Source: Burkholderiales bacterium (GTDB lineage Bacteria > Pseudomonadota > Gammaproteobacteria > Burkholderiales > SG8-39). From it: a stretch of DNA of 35,619 nucleotides. A program made the position numbers and the translations under genes. Positions within the stretch are counted from its first letter, which is position 1. Every line of letters begins with the position of its first letter. The DNA lies in assembly GCA_919902965.1 (NCBI GenBank), contig CAKKSJ010000059.1, positions 1-35,619 of the forward strand, in the 5' to 3' direction. The notes under the pieces are model-generated. The model searched no databases. It was not told the DNA's origin and worked only from the letters and a program-made list of their open reading frames with translations. This document shows, in pieces, positions 35,380-35,619 of the stretch.

Positions 35380-35619
35380 ACGCGTGGTCCCTGAAAGCTT
35401 CGATGCCGATGCGGCGCACCGTGTCGATGAAACGCTCTGCGTCGTGTTCGCGCTCGGCGAGATAGACTTCGATCAGCCTCTCGACGATCTCGGGCACCTG
35501 CTCCTGCGCAAACGCGGGGCCGATTACTTTGCCGAGCGAGGCGTTCGCGCCCTGCGCGCCGCCTATGGAGATCTGGTAGAACTCCTCGCCCTGCTTGTCC
35601 ACGCCGAGAATGCCGATGT
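35324..35619 (-). CDS. cysI: ferredoxin-type nitrite/sulfite reductase hemoprotein, C-terminal fragment (5' end outside the window)
   Basis: The frame is open to the window edge (...IGILGVDKQGEEFYQISIGGAQG...). The context with DUF934 supports the call. Its 3' end overlaps the DUF934 start by 56 nt. Confidence 0.6.
   Translation of the reverse strand, partial: IGILGVDKQGEEFYQISIGGAQGANASLGKVIGPAFAQEQVPEIVERLIEVYLAEREHDAERFIDTVRRIGIEAFRDHAYATTHQTPHRNPRQLAAA

Overview
High-GC proteobacterial (probably betaproteobacterial) chromosome, mostly housekeeping and catabolic genes. All calls rest on reading the ORF translations against family motifs from memory; no searches were run.

Left to right:
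- DsbA-like isomerase, OsmC and a DUF77 protein.
- A HigB/HigA toxin-antitoxin pair.
- A leucine/branched-chain acyl-CoA cluster: LiuR, isovaleryl-CoA dehydrogenase, thiolase, a second acyl-CoA dehydrogenase, and a zinc-ribbon methyltransferase.
- MBL-fold hydrolase, class I PHA synthase, GST, alpha/beta hydrolase, MarC, a DUF185 methyltransferase and a pteridine-reductase-like SDR.
- A cytoplasmic PBP-fold protein convergent with an 806-aa PHP-like metallohydrolase.
- A lower-GC block at about 19.65-28.7 kb (described below).
- TtcA, a Cro/YdaS-like HTH reading in frame into a class-V aminotransferase, a ketopantoate-reductase-like protein, a YcgR-like PilZ protein, a TfoX-like gene coupled to a hypothetical gene, DUF934, and the 3' end of an assimilatory sulfite reductase.

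The stand-out region is the lower-GC block. It encodes a Crp-family regulator, a secreted Cache/PDC-like protein and an SLC13/DASS anion permease. These are followed by an AprA-like flavoprotein and a short AprB-like ferredoxin in A-then-B order, a single HdrA/QmoB-like protein with a fused MvhD-like domain, and HdrC- and HdrB-like proteins. The window contains no sat, qmoA, qmoC/aprM, dsr or any membrane redox subunit. I consider this a candidate undescribed soluble anion/sulfur (or organic-acid) redox system.

Other oddities:
- A duplicated gene 3' end that differs only at synonymous positions.
- Paired 153-bp hairpin repeats.
- A near-consensus promoter placed so that the Cro-like ORF would be leaderless.
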